From: an uncultured virus (IMG/VR IMGVR_UViG_3300036770_002019)
Taxonomy: Duplodnaviria > Heunggongvirae > Uroviricota > Caudoviricetes > Crassvirales
Virus record (IMG/VR): IMGVR_UViG_3300036770_002019
Location: 1 to 64,000 of that record
Length of the DNA stretch: 64,000 nt
Direction: 5' to 3' (one strand)
Under the pieces are notes generated by a model. It worked only from the letters and a program-made list of their open reading frames with translations, did not search any database and had not been told where the DNA came from. Shown here piece by piece: positions 39,581 to 50,700 of the stretch; the first letter of the stretch is position 1, and every line of letters starts with the position of its first letter. The position numbers and the translations under genes are program-made.

Positions 39581-41653
39581 ATGAGATTAGATTCTATAAG
39601 GTTTAATGCCCCAAGAAGTATGTACGTAGATCCAAGATCCGTACAAGTTAGTAATACTTTAAGAGAAAGGTATGCCTCTAACTTTCAGTCAGTTGACCAA
39701 CTAGAAGCACAACTTGCAGCTTTAAATGTAGCAGATTTTGAAGGAGATCAAAAACTTAAAAAACAGTTATTAGAATCCACTAGATCTAGACTTGAAGCTT
39801 TAGCTGAAAGAGGGGATTATGAAAATCTATCTTTACCTGTGGCGCAAACAGCTCAACAGTTTAGAAAGCAATACACCCCATTAGAACAGAACTTTAATAA
39901 ATACCAAGAGTATGTAGCAGAAGTGAATCGCCGATATAAAGAAGGGGAGATAGATGCAGAAACATATGCAGAAGCTATCCCTGCAGCTAAACATAGCTAT
40001 ACAGGATTACAAGTAGATGAATCTGGGAATATTGATCCTAAAAGCTACTTCTCTGGGATGCAACTTGTAAAAGATGTAGAGATTTTCCCATTAGTTGAAG
40101 AATCTATTAAAGGAATAGTTGCAGAGGAGTTTGGACAGCAAGCTCAATATCTAGGGCAAGGTCCTGATGGTCAATTTAAAGTGTCTACTTCTGATGGAAT
40201 AAGGTTTGTATCTGCTGAAAGAGTACAAGCTATTTATCAAGAAGTATTAGCTAGACCTGATGTACAAGCAGCATTGGCTCAAAAAGCTAAATTAAGAACT
40301 TATAATTTAGACGGTACGCAGATACAAAACACTATCAATACTGACATTCAAACATATCAAGAAGAATTAGCTAAAGCTCAAACTTTGTTAACTACAGGAG
40401 GACTAAATGCTCAAGAAACAACACAGGTACAAAAAACTATGGATCAAATCCAAGGAGAAATAACCAGGTTAAGTACTCTTGGGGAGAGTCGACAAAGAGA
40501 GTATATTCAAGATAGGGAAATTGAAGGAATACTAAGACCGATTACTTCTGCAGTACTTGCTAAGAATGTTTGGCAGCAGAGACCTGCTTCTGAGAATTAT
40601 ACTAGACAGGATTGGGATGAAATGTATAAAATGTACCGTGATGATAGTTTACAAAGATCAAGAGCGGCAGCTGCAGATAAAACCGTTCCAGTAGCTATAG
40701 ATGCTGCAGGAAATGTTGTAATACAACAAGAAGCAGATCCTAATAGTGTTATTGCAAGTATGGATGCAAGTTTAAAAGCTACTAAAGAGTATGAAAGAAT
40801 TGCTAAAGAAGAAAATTTAAGTCCCGAAGCATTAAAAAGTAACGAAGAGGCTAGAATTGCTCAGTACATAAATTACGATCTTGCACAAGAGAGGCTTTTA
40901 GGGGCAGCTCTGGAGGCAGGAGTAGTAGTAGAATTAGCTGCCAATGGCAGACCTAAAAATACATCATGGTGGACAAATCTATCTCCAAAGGAACTATCTA
41001 AAATAGAAAATGTATTTGAAGATGATGAAAGTCCTTACTACTGGCAAAAACCTGTAAATCTATCTATGCAAGTATCTGATAACGAAACTTTTGCCAAATT
41101 CAAAACAGAAGTTATTAGGGCTTTTGAAGGCGCCCCACAATTAGCTGCTCAAATTTTAAATAAAAACGGAGAGTTTGAAACAGGTAAACTTGGAGATCTT
41201 GAAGGTAAAAAGATATCAAATATTGGTATATCTAGAGCCCCCTACCAAGGTATGTCAAGTACTAACCAAATTCAAATTACTTACGAAGATGGGACAGTAG
41301 CTATGGTAGATGCAAGTAAAGTTACATCTCCAGTGTTAGACGAAATACAATCTTCCCCAGTGTTTAAAATGAACTCGGTAACTCAAGCAGTAAGTCTTAA
41401 CCCAAGATTTAATAGTACAACCCCATATGTACTTGCTACTCAATTTAAACTAACTAATGATGCAGGAGTTGAACAGAAAAAGCACGTACAGATTCTTATC
41501 TATCCTGCAGATAGAATAACGGATCAGACATACAAATTAGAGGATACTAGATATCAAGTAGTTATTGATGAGAAACCATCTCCTAAAATGACTCCTGCAG
41601 AATTAGCTACTGAGCTGGAAACTACTGGTCTTGGAACAATCATACTACCATGA
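39581..41653 (+). CDS. Virion cargo or ejection protein
   Basis: 690-aa helical protein with no Cys seen, between the tail genes and the giant proteins. Confidence 0.6.
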   Translation: MRLDSIRFNAPRSMYVDPRSVQVSNTLRERYASNFQSVDQLEAQLAALNVADFEGDQKLKKQLLESTRSRLEALAERGDYENLSLPVAQTAQQFRKQYTPLEQNFNKYQEYVAEVNRRYKEGEIDAETYAEAIPAAKHSYTGLQVDESGNIDPKSYFSGMQLVKDVEIFPLVEESIKGIVAEEFGQQAQYLGQGPDGQFKVSTSDGIRFVSAERVQAIYQEVLARPDVQAALAQKAKLRTYNLDGTQIQNTINTDIQTYQEELAKAQTLLTTGGLNAQETTQVQKTMDQIQGEITRLSTLGESRQREYIQDREIEGILRPITSAVLAKNVWQQRPASENYTRQDWDEMYKMYRDDSLQRSRAAAADKTVPVAIDAAGNVVIQQEADPNSVIASMDASLKATKEYERIAKEENLSPEALKSNEEARIAQYINYDLAQERLLGAALEAGVVVELAANGRPKNTSWWTNLSPKELSKIENVFEDDESPYYWQKPVNLSMQVSDNETFAKFKTEVIRAFEGAPQLAAQILNKNGEFETGKLGDLEGKKISNIGISRAPYQGMSSTNQIQITYEDGTVAMVDASKVTSPVLDEIQSSPVFKMNSVTQAVSLNPRFNSTTPYVLATQFKLTNDAGVEQKKHVQILIYPADRITDQTYKLEDTRYQVVIDEKPSPKMTPAELATELETTGLGTIILP

Positions 41654-44600
41654 GTGAACTACAAACAGAAAATATAAGCTCTTTTACTGGTTTACCAATA
41701 ACTCCTAAAGAAAAGAAACCAGAGGTGAGCGCTTTAACAGGTCTACCAATAACTAATCGTGCGGTTAGAACTGGGGTATTAGGTAATGTTCTTGGGCAAG
41801 CTGCCTCTGGTAATGTTAACTTGTTAGATCAGATGTCTTACAAAGACTATGAGTCTTACAAAAGTTATGGAGTAGCTGTATTGCCTGGTGTAGACTGGGA
41901 TGAGCAAAGAGCTCAAAATCAATGGCGGTTAGAGAAATGGGCTTATGGAGCTACTAAAGCAGGAGTAACTTTTGGCACTTCGCTTTTAGAAAACACGGTA
42001 GGTCTAGTTGTAGGATTAGGATCAATAGCTACTGGTGGAAGTTTTTACGACAACCCATTTGGTAGAGGATTGGATAGTGTAAATGAATACTTTGCAGAAG
42101 CACTCCCAAACTATTATACAAGAGAAGAACAAAACGCTTCTGCTTTAGGTGGGATGATGTATGCAAACTTTTGGGCTGATAAAGTATTAAATGGTGTAGG
42201 ATATGTAGCAGGAAGTATTGCTACTGATGCAGCATTAGCATACCTTACAGGAGGAACAAGTTTAGTTGGGACTGCTGCCAGATACTCACTAAAGTTTGGG
42301 GGAGTTCTATCTAAAGCACAAAAAGCTCAGGCTATATCCAACGTATACAAATTAACTAACTCAGCTCGACAAGGGGCAAAAATAGCAGATGTTTTAACTG
42401 ATGGGGCAAATGCTACAAGTAAACTTAAAAAACTGCGTGGAGCTAGGACAGCTTATGGCAGAGCTGAATCTGGGCTAATATCTGCTATTGGTGAATCTAA
42501 CATTGAAGCAAGACAAGCTAAAAATGAAACTCTGCAAGGACTTAAAGAGCAATATGCGCTGCAGAATGGAATATCAGAAGATGAAATTCCTGCAGAAATA
42601 CTAGCAGGTATGGAAGCTTCTGCTACTGCAGCAGGAAATGTTGTATTTGGTATTAACCTCCCAGTAGTGGGGTTAACCAATATGGTTACTATTGGGAGAA
42701 TGTTAGGCCCAGGCTATAAACGATCTCTTCAAAAAGCTGCTCAAGAACGAGCTAAAAAATCTATTTACAATATTGGTGTTGGGAGAGAAGCTGATGAATT
42801 TGTAGATCTTGGATTGCAAGGTAATGCTGTTAAAAGAGCATTTGTAAAAGGTTCTAGAAAATTCGGAGAGAATTTTACTTCTGCATTATCAGAAGCTGGG
42901 CAAGAAGCTACTCAATTCTTTGCTTCTACGTACGCACAAGATTACTATAAAAACAAGTATTTCGGGAGAGCTGAGGGTATTGATGGAATGATTGACTCCG
43001 CTGTTTATGGGCTAGAGCAAACTTTTGGGACTAAAGAGGGTCTTGAGTCTGCTCTTATTGGGGCAATAGTTGGGGGTGGAACTGTTGGGGTACGTAATCT
43101 TAACAGAATTAGAAAAGGTGAAGAGTCCCTATCCCAAATCAAAACTAAAAATACACAAACAGTATTAGACATAGTTAACAGTACTAATGGTGTAGTAGAT
43201 GCTGTAGAAAGAGCTAAAAGCGCAGATACTTCTAACAAGCTTGCTCAAGCTATGGATAAACTCATAGCCGTAGCATCTGATCCGACAGTAGACAAAGCAA
43301 CTAGAGATAGGGCTCAAAAACAATTTAAAGATTTACAGTATCAACTTGTAGCTAATGAAGCATTTACTCTTCTTGAATTTGGGAGAGAAGATATTCTTAT
43401 GCAGCAATTAGATGATGCTAAAGATTTAGATGATGCTGAGTTTAAAAAAGCTTTTGGGTATGATGTTAACCAACCTCTTCCTGAAGGAGGGAAAGCTGCA
43501 ATTGTAGATAAAATTAAAGATAGGATAAAGGAGCATAAAAAGGTAAAAGGGCAGATAGAGGAACTTGCCCCAAGACTCGAAAGAACTACAGGACTCCCAA
43601 GAACTTTGATGTCTAAAGAACAACAGCAGCAGGAAGATGAACTTATAGAAGCTAACAATTTCTACAGAAAAGCTCTATACAGCAGAGCCTCTGCAATATC
43701 AGGTTACAATACCAGAGCTGCCTCTATGGGGGTAGAAATGCAAAGAATAGCCTCTGAAACAGGGGTATCTTTGAATAGGGGAGCTATGGAAGATTTTGAA
43801 TTCGATCAACTAGAGATTGAATTCGAAGACAATGATGAAGTAAAAGTTCAGGATGGGGGTAAAGTAAAAGGCAAACTTGTAGAGGAACTTCAAAAAGTTT
43901 ATGCAGACCTACAAAAGAAAAACCCACTAGCAGCTAAAGAGTTTGCAACTCTTGCACAAGATTACTTGCATATAGTAGCTGAAAGACAAGCAGCAGTTAA
44001 TTCTTTTGAAGCCTTGACTGATAAGAATGGATTAGAAAAAAGTGAGTACTTACGAAAGCGTCAAGAAGCAATGGAGGCTGAGGCTGCTAAAAAACAAGCA
44101 GAGGCAGAAGCCAAAGTTATTATAGACACAGCTGAAACTGCAAAAGATTTAGAAAAAGTACCTGATAATGCTACAAAGGAGCAGAAGGAATTAGCCAAAG
44201 CTAAAGCCAAAAGACTGCAAAGAGAGGCAGTTAAACGTGCTAAAAAGTACGAAAATAAAACTCTAGATGAACTTAGAGAAATAGATACTGAAGCATTAGC
44301 ACAACTTCCTGATGGGGAAATTGAGTTAGCCGCTCTTGAACTAGCTATTAACAGAGCTAAGAAAAAAGAACAAAGTCAACCAGCAATTGATCAAACTGAA
44401 CCTGAAGCAGTTGAAGAAGCCTTCATCCCTGAAAATGTAGGAGAAGTTCAAATAGTATCAGCTAACAGTAGAGAGTTTGTAATAGCTGGGAAAGTATTCT
44501 ACAATTATGCAGCTGACCCTATATCTGCTATTAACAGAAACGAAGATGGGGTTATAATATCAGTAACTCTTTTAGATGAGAGTTTAAACCCACGTACATT

Positions 44601-47600
44601 TAGGAATGAAGCTACAGTAGATTCTTTAGCTTATGCTATACTTGCAGCACAATACAACACTCCTTCTGACCCAGAGATAACTGAAACAATAGAAGAAGAT
44701 GTTGTTGTACGTACAGAAGCTGTTGCAGAATCAGTAGAAAAACTAGAGCGAAAAGCAAAACTTCCTCAAAATAAAGTTGAGAATTCTCCTGTAGAAGCTA
44801 TTAAAGCTCAACTGTTTGAACTGCATAGGGACTTAGAGGAGATAGTGGAAACTTTAGAAGAAAGACACGCTATACTCAGAGAGCAAAAAGTAAATAAAAA
44901 GAATAGAAGCAGAGACCCTCAGATACAAGAACTTACAAAATTAAAAGCTACTGTAGAAAAGCTTATAGCAGAAAGAAAGCAAGAACTAGAGAAGTTTAAA
45001 CAAGAAGAAGTAAACCTTGAAGATGCAGAGAACAGACTTAATAAACTACGTACTGAGATAAATAAACTCTCCGAAGAAATTGCGGAGCTTGAAGCATTAG
45101 AATCAAGATTAGAAGAAGGGGGAGTTCAAGAACAAGCTCTTGCTAATGTTAAACAGGCTCGCAGAAAAAAACAAGCAACTAAGAATAGACTTAGTCGTGA
45201 ATTAAATAGTATTCAAAATGAAAAAGTTGACTCTACAAGAGATGCAAGACAGGCTGCCGAAAGACTTGCAGGACCAATTAAAGGGCAAGCCAATGAAGGA
45301 GAAGGTGCAAATACTACTCCAGGACCTGGAACAGAGGGGAGAATTGTAGCCTCTAGAACAGATAGAACTGAACAAGCTGCAGAAGAAGTTGAACAAGCAG
45401 AGAGAAACGCTTCTGGGGAGCTTAGAGATCAAGGAGCAGGTCAAGCTCGTGGAGTGAAAGCTGATCAAGTTACTATAACCCCAACCCCTGCAGCTCCATC
45501 AACTCCTGTTTCTACAGATGCTAAAGCTGATATAGAAAGAAGAAAACAAGAATTAGGATTACAAAAAGTATTAAATATTTATCCTCCCGACCAATCTGGA
45601 GGTTATAGAATAAAAATAAAAGGAGATAAATATGAAGTTCTTGTTCAATTTACAGGCAAAAAGTGGGATATTTTTCCTAAACAAAAAAACGGAGATTTTC
45701 AAGCAACAGACCCTGAAACAGGTGATGCTTTATTAATTAATAAAGAACAAAGTAGAAAATTAGTAGAGAAATATTTACCTAAAAAGCTTGTTGATTTAAT
45801 AGAATCAGCTGATTCTATTAAAGGGGTTGATAATCAAATAAAATTTGAACAAGGTGAAATTAAAGAATATGTAGATTTATTTAGAAAAGAATGGTTACAA
45901 GAAAGAATACCTATAGAAAAAGAATTATTAGAATTTTATCAATCTGATAAATTTGACAGAGAAAAAGAAGCTAAAGAAAGAATAATAAAAGCACAACAAG
46001 AAGTAATTGCTAAATACGATGCAGAACTAGCTGCTTTAAAACAACAATCTACTGCAGGTACATTTACACCTACTACTCCGTATGGAACTCCTAAAGGACC
46101 AGAGTTAACTACCGCTTCTACTCAATCTTCTGAGGCAATTCCAGTACAGCAATTACGCCCACAATCAGGATTAGATATTGCTGTACTCCCAAGTAACTTT
46201 GATACCTCTCCTGCATCTCCTGGAAGTGTATATGTAAACCCTGACGGCTCTCTCCCAATGAGTTCTCCTGCATCTCAAACTATAAATGGGGAAGCAGTTA
46301 TAATTGAGGATGGGGCGCTGTACAATTTTGATGATGACTTTGTTGGGAAAACTGTAACATTTGAAGTTAGAGAAGATACTGATTGGGCTAAAGAACAATC
46401 TGATCTTAGCTGGAAAAATGCCCCAATATATGTAGTTCTTGATGGACAAAGAATTGCTCTTTTACAGTCTTATAATGAAGCTAAGAATACAGGTACTGCA
46501 AGAGAGGCTATTTACAGAATGTACAAAGAGGGGAAAACTCCACAAGCAGTTACTACTGGTAGAGGAGCTTTCAGCTTTTTAAATGCTATTAACCCTGATA
46601 CAGGTAAACCTGAGTTTGTAAATCCTTTAGAAGAATTTGAATCTCCTGCTTTTGCAGTTATTAGTAGCGAGGCAAAACAAGTTAGATATATAATCGGTCC
46701 AGGATCTAATCTCCCACAATCAGAGTTAGATAAAATGCAACAAGACTTGGATGAGCAAGCTTCTAAACTAGATAAAGATAAATTTACAGAAGGGCAGGTA
46801 GTTATGGTTGTACGTACCCCAAATGGTAAGTATACAACCTATCCTGTATCTACTAAGAATTTAACTGAAGAGAGTACAAAACTTGCTCTCAAGTTAATGA
46901 GTGAAAACAAAATAGTTGAACTGTTAGACTTAGTTGGGGTTAATGCCGACCCATATAACTGGGCAAGTAGAGCTCAAGGGAAACCATCCTTTTTACATTA
47001 TGTAGAGGCTGGTGACTTTTTTGTATTCCACAGCGATTCTGCAAATCAATTAGTGTCTATTAACTCTACAGAGTTAAGTAAAGCTATGCGTGGGGAGAAA
47101 TTCTCTTTTGGGTATGTTCTTGGACCTACAACTGAGGACAATGATAGATTCGATAAAGATGAAAAAAGAAAAGACCACTCGGCTATTGGTAAGTTTATAG
47201 TTTCAGATCTAACAGCTTTACTTAAAAGAAAGAAGTACCAAGTATCAAAAGAATCTGTAAACGATAAAAATGCTCGTATAGTAAATCCAGAAACTGGGGA
47301 AGCTCAAAACTATCAAGAGTATATTTTTGGGGGAGGTCTTGCACAAGTAGATACTAGAAATAATAAAGGGTCTGTATTCCACGGACTTCAAATTAAATTT
47401 GGGGCAATAGAGTCAGACAGTAAAACAAAAGGAGCTACAACTGCAGCTGCAACTTCTGTACACTCTAAACCTGCAACTACGTCTACTACTGAAGTAGTTA
47501 GATCTGAGGGTAAAAAAGCAGGTAGAGTTAGAAAAACAGAAAAAGTGGTAACTTTGAGTGAGTTAGGAGCTCAACCATCTGATGAAATAAAAGCACAGTT

Positions 47601-47760
47601 AATGGCTGAAATGCAAGGAGTTACCCCACAAAACTTAGCAGATCTTGTAGGTAAATCCGCACCAGTTGCTCCTACAGCTGGGGGAATTAAAGTACTTTCT
47701 AAAAATGATTTGAACTCTCTGATAGATTTTGGAGATGAACTTAACAATATCTGTAAATAA
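41650..47760 (+). CDS. Giant ejected protein 1 (RNAP-associated cargo)
   Basis: 2036 aa; N-terminal hydrophobic Gly-rich helices (SEAGQEATQ, ALIGAIVGGG); long coiled coils; directly precedes the virion RNAP. Confidence 0.75.
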   Translation: MSELQTENISSFTGLPITPKEKKPEVSALTGLPITNRAVRTGVLGNVLGQAASGNVNLLDQMSYKDYESYKSYGVAVLPGVDWDEQRAQNQWRLEKWAYGATKAGVTFGTSLLENTVGLVVGLGSIATGGSFYDNPFGRGLDSVNEYFAEALPNYYTREEQNASALGGMMYANFWADKVLNGVGYVAGSIATDAALAYLTGGTSLVGTAARYSLKFGGVLSKAQKAQAISNVYKLTNSARQGAKIADVLTDGANATSKLKKLRGARTAYGRAESGLISAIGESNIEARQAKNETLQGLKEQYALQNGISEDEIPAEILAGMEASATAAGNVVFGINLPVVGLTNMVTIGRMLGPGYKRSLQKAAQERAKKSIYNIGVGREADEFVDLGLQGNAVKRAFVKGSRKFGENFTSALSEAGQEATQFFASTYAQDYYKNKYFGRAEGIDGMIDSAVYGLEQTFGTKEGLESALIGAIVGGGTVGVRNLNRIRKGEESLSQIKTKNTQTVLDIVNSTNGVVDAVERAKSADTSNKLAQAMDKLIAVASDPTVDKATRDRAQKQFKDLQYQLVANEAFTLLEFGREDILMQQLDDAKDLDDAEFKKAFGYDVNQPLPEGGKAAIVDKIKDRIKEHKKVKGQIEELAPRLERTTGLPRTLMSKEQQQQEDELIEANNFYRKALYSRASAISGYNTRAASMGVEMQRIASETGVSLNRGAMEDFEFDQLEIEFEDNDEVKVQDGGKVKGKLVEELQKVYADLQKKNPLAAKEFATLAQDYLHIVAERQAAVNSFEALTDKNGLEKSEYLRKRQEAMEAEAAKKQAEAEAKVIIDTAETAKDLEKVPDNATKEQKELAKAKAKRLQREAVKRAKKYENKTLDELREIDTEALAQLPDGEIELAALELAINRAKKKEQSQPAIDQTEPEAVEEAFIPENVGEVQIVSANSREFVIAGKVFYNYAADPISAINRNEDGVIISVTLLDESLNPRTFRNEATVDSLAYAILAAQYNTPSDPEITETIEEDVVVRTEAVAESVEKLERKAKLPQNKVENSPVEAIKAQLFELHRDLEEIVETLEERHAILREQKVNKKNRSRDPQIQELTKLKATVEKLIAERKQELEKFKQEEVNLEDAENRLNKLRTEINKLSEEIAELEALESRLEEGGVQEQALANVKQARRKKQATKNRLSRELNSIQNEKVDSTRDARQAAERLAGPIKGQANEGEGANTTPGPGTEGRIVASRTDRTEQAAEEVEQAERNASGELRDQGAGQARGVKADQVTITPTPAAPSTPVSTDAKADIERRKQELGLQKVLNIYPPDQSGGYRIKIKGDKYEVLVQFTGKKWDIFPKQKNGDFQATDPETGDALLINKEQSRKLVEKYLPKKLVDLIESADSIKGVDNQIKFEQGEIKEYVDLFRKEWLQERIPIEKELLEFYQSDKFDREKEAKERIIKAQQEVIAKYDAELAALKQQSTAGTFTPTTPYGTPKGPELTTASTQSSEAIPVQQLRPQSGLDIAVLPSNFDTSPASPGSVYVNPDGSLPMSSPASQTINGEAVIIEDGALYNFDDDFVGKTVTFEVREDTDWAKEQSDLSWKNAPIYVVLDGQRIALLQSYNEAKNTGTAREAIYRMYKEGKTPQAVTTGRGAFSFLNAINPDTGKPEFVNPLEEFESPAFAVISSEAKQVRYIIGPGSNLPQSELDKMQQDLDEQASKLDKDKFTEGQVVMVVRTPNGKYTTYPVSTKNLTEESTKLALKLMSENKIVELLDLVGVNADPYNWASRAQGKPSFLHYVEAGDFFVFHSDSANQLVSINSTELSKAMRGEKFSFGYVLGPTTEDNDRFDKDEKRKDHSAIGKFIVSDLTALLKRKKYQVSKESVNDKNARIVNPETGEAQNYQEYIFGGGLAQVDTRNNKGSVFHGLQIKFGAIESDSKTKGATTAAATSVHSKPATTSTTEVVRSEGKKAGRVRKTEKVVTLSELGAQPSDEIKAQLMAEMQGVTPQNLADLVGKSAPVAPTAGGIKVLSKNDLNSLIDFGDELNNICK

Positions 47761-47766
47761 AAACTG

Positions 47767-50700
47767 ATGGCAACTTGTCCTAATAGAAATTTAAAAGCTT
47801 GGAAAGATTTAGAAGCTGTTCAAGGAGAATCAATTGCATTAGCGATATGGGATAGATTTGATGGTCGTCCCCCAGAATTCTTTTACTCTACCCCACTTAA
47901 AGAGGGGACAGTAATAACAAAAGGATTTGATGTTCAGACTAGATTTACTGAGGAGCAGAATAATGCTATTCTTGATAGTATTATCTACATGCTCATGGAG
48001 CAAAAAAAGCAAGAAGGCTTTAAGATAGAAGAGCAAATTGGAAATAAATCCACCAAAGGCTCTATCCCTAATTTCTTTCTGCAGCAAGCTTATGAGAATG
48101 AAAATGGAACAGCTGTTAGTTTAGAAGTAGCAGAATCTATTTGGGGGAAAGAGCAAGCATACGAAACGGCTGTAAGAGAAAATCTCCCAGAAGAAACTCA
48201 AAATGCATTGTATGATGAGTGGGTAAATGCTATGGAAGAATCAGATGTTTATGAATCTGAACACCCAGCACGTGAAGCCTTTCTTGATATTTATGAGTTT
48301 TGGAATGGGGGTATTATTACCACAGGTAAAACAGAGAATGAAGTAAAATCTGACATAGCTTTAGGTAATATAGATATTGTTGGGTGGAGAGAACTCCTAT
48401 CTAATAGAATTAAAGAGTTTGGGTATTCTATCTCAAACGTCGAACAAGAGGTAGAATTTGCATCAGACGAGGACATACTAGAAAGAATCTACAGTAAAGC
48501 TAGTATGGAAGAAGACCCTTCAAAAAAATTATCTGGGAGGATGAAAGAGCTATTAGCTACTATCCCTAACAGACAATTAAATTTCCTAGGGTTAGCTAGT
48601 TATTTACCTGCAGATCAGATATATAAAGAACTTGCTACAACATTTGCAGGGTTGCAGAACTTCCCTGAAATGCTTGCTCAAGTAGAGACATTAGCATTAC
48701 ATAAACCTCAGTACGAAGCGGTGTCTGAGTTTATGAAAGGATTGAATAAAAAAGATGCTGCAGCTTTCAGTAGAATCTTTGCACAATCTGCAAATGAGTT
48801 TTTGTTGATTAGAGTAGAAGCTAAAACTCCTGCAGGAGATGTAGTTAGAATATTTAACCCAAACGAAAACAGGATTGAGAGATCTATAGCTACTACTTGG
48901 AAGAACGGAGCTGTAGAATCTAACATAGCTAAACCAAAAGCTATCTACAAAGTAACAGAGGAAGGCCTAGAAATAGATCAAAATAAAGCTAAAGCTATTG
49001 CAGAAAATTGGTTATTGGTTAGAAGAGGTATTGCAGGTGTAGATTCGGTATCATCTACTCAGGGGGAGATATCTAAACCTGTACAAGCTCTAACTGATAT
49101 GCTGTGGAATATGGGGATATACTTAGGTGACCCAGAGATTAAACAAGAAACAGCCAATAACCTACAACAAGTTGTAAATACAGGAATATTTGTAGTAGAG
49201 AAAGGTAGAAGACAAAAACTTACAGGTAGAGCTGCTTATAACTACATTGCAAACAAAGAGGGTAAAAGCTTAGCAAGACTTGTATCTCAATTTGTAGTAC
49301 TTAGCCCTGATGGAACTAAAGTTGAAAAAACTTTACGAACAGTTTCCACTACAATGTATGAGTCTCAAGGCTCAACAGTAAGACACTTAGCATCGTTTGC
49401 CCCATTGTTTTTTGAAATGCGTGGGGATAGTTTTGTTAATGGGAAAGGTAAACAAATCTACCCAATTAATTTACGCCATCATTTAGGTCAAGTATTTGAA
49501 ACTCTTGGGAGTTCTACAGAGGATAAAACTAAGATGATGGATATGTATAGAGAGGATAAATTCTTTGCTCCTGTAGAAGGGAAAAATGAATTTGACTCTA
49601 TACTTTTTAGACTTCTACAATCCCCAGAATTTACTAATGAGTTTAGAGCATTTGATTTAGATGCCCTCAAAGATGTTACTATTCCTGATGGTACTGTAGA
49701 TTACGAAAACTTCTCAAATACAGACTCTCTACGCACAAGATTAATTGCATACATCAACTCAGGTAATAGATCTACAGGATTAATTGCTATCCCTATTCAA
49801 TCTGATAGAAAGAAGTTTACTTTCTTCCCATTTGTACGTACAAAAAATTTAGCTGGTACACGAAAAGGTACTTTTGGGATAACAGGGATGACTAAAAACG
49901 ACATCATACTTGGACTTATAGTGCAAGATATGATGCGTATTGCTCATGGTAGAGGAATTCTTAGCAATCAAGTAACTGAAGACGGACTCCCAAACCCACC
50001 AAAAGACCTTCCTGAAACGTATAAAAAGAATTTAAGTTCCCCAAAATCTATGCAATTTGATGGGACTTTAGTTGGGTCAGAAGGTAACATCCCTATTGTA
50101 ACAGATGCTAGGCTTGAATCTAAAACTGGGGAATACTTCATTAGTGATTACATAGAAGAGTTTCTAACTGATCCAGAAGAGCTTAGAGACATTGAACCAG
50201 AAGTATTTAACGAAATACAGACTAAGATCAATGTAATGGTTGAGAGAGCTAACGAATACTTTCTCAACCAAGCTAAGATTTTAGATACTAAAATAAAAGA
50301 ACAAGGGATAACTCTCCCAACAGAGGCACGAGAGTTTGGGGATAGAATGTCATTACTTGAAAATTATGTATTTGATGAGTTCTTAGGTAGAAACGAGATA
50401 TCTAAAATACTTAGAGGTAGTAGAGCTCACGTAAAAGATATTCAAACCTTTTACAAAAGAGTTGGGCATGCTACTACTCCTGGGATGGAGGTAGCTTTAG
50501 CATCAGATTTAGCTATAAATGGATTGCAGGAAGTAGATGGGATAAGCAACTATGGGATGCCTGATACTTTTATAGAAGCTACTTTTAATGATATTAAGCT
50601 TAACTTGGATGAAGAGATGCGTACACGCGCGATAGAAAGAGCTGAAGCAATTCGAGACGGACTTATTGAAGCTGGGTATGATGCTGATTTTGCACAGTCA

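Noticed and set aside
47752-47778. Programmed read-through or frameshift fusing the giant proteins
   Set aside because: Proteins 1 and 2 are in the same frame but separated by two stops (TAA AAA CTG follows one TAA and leads to a clean ATG), and proteins 2 and 3 use a standard TAATG overlap. No slippery site or stimulatory hairpin is evident, so separate translation is the simpler reading.
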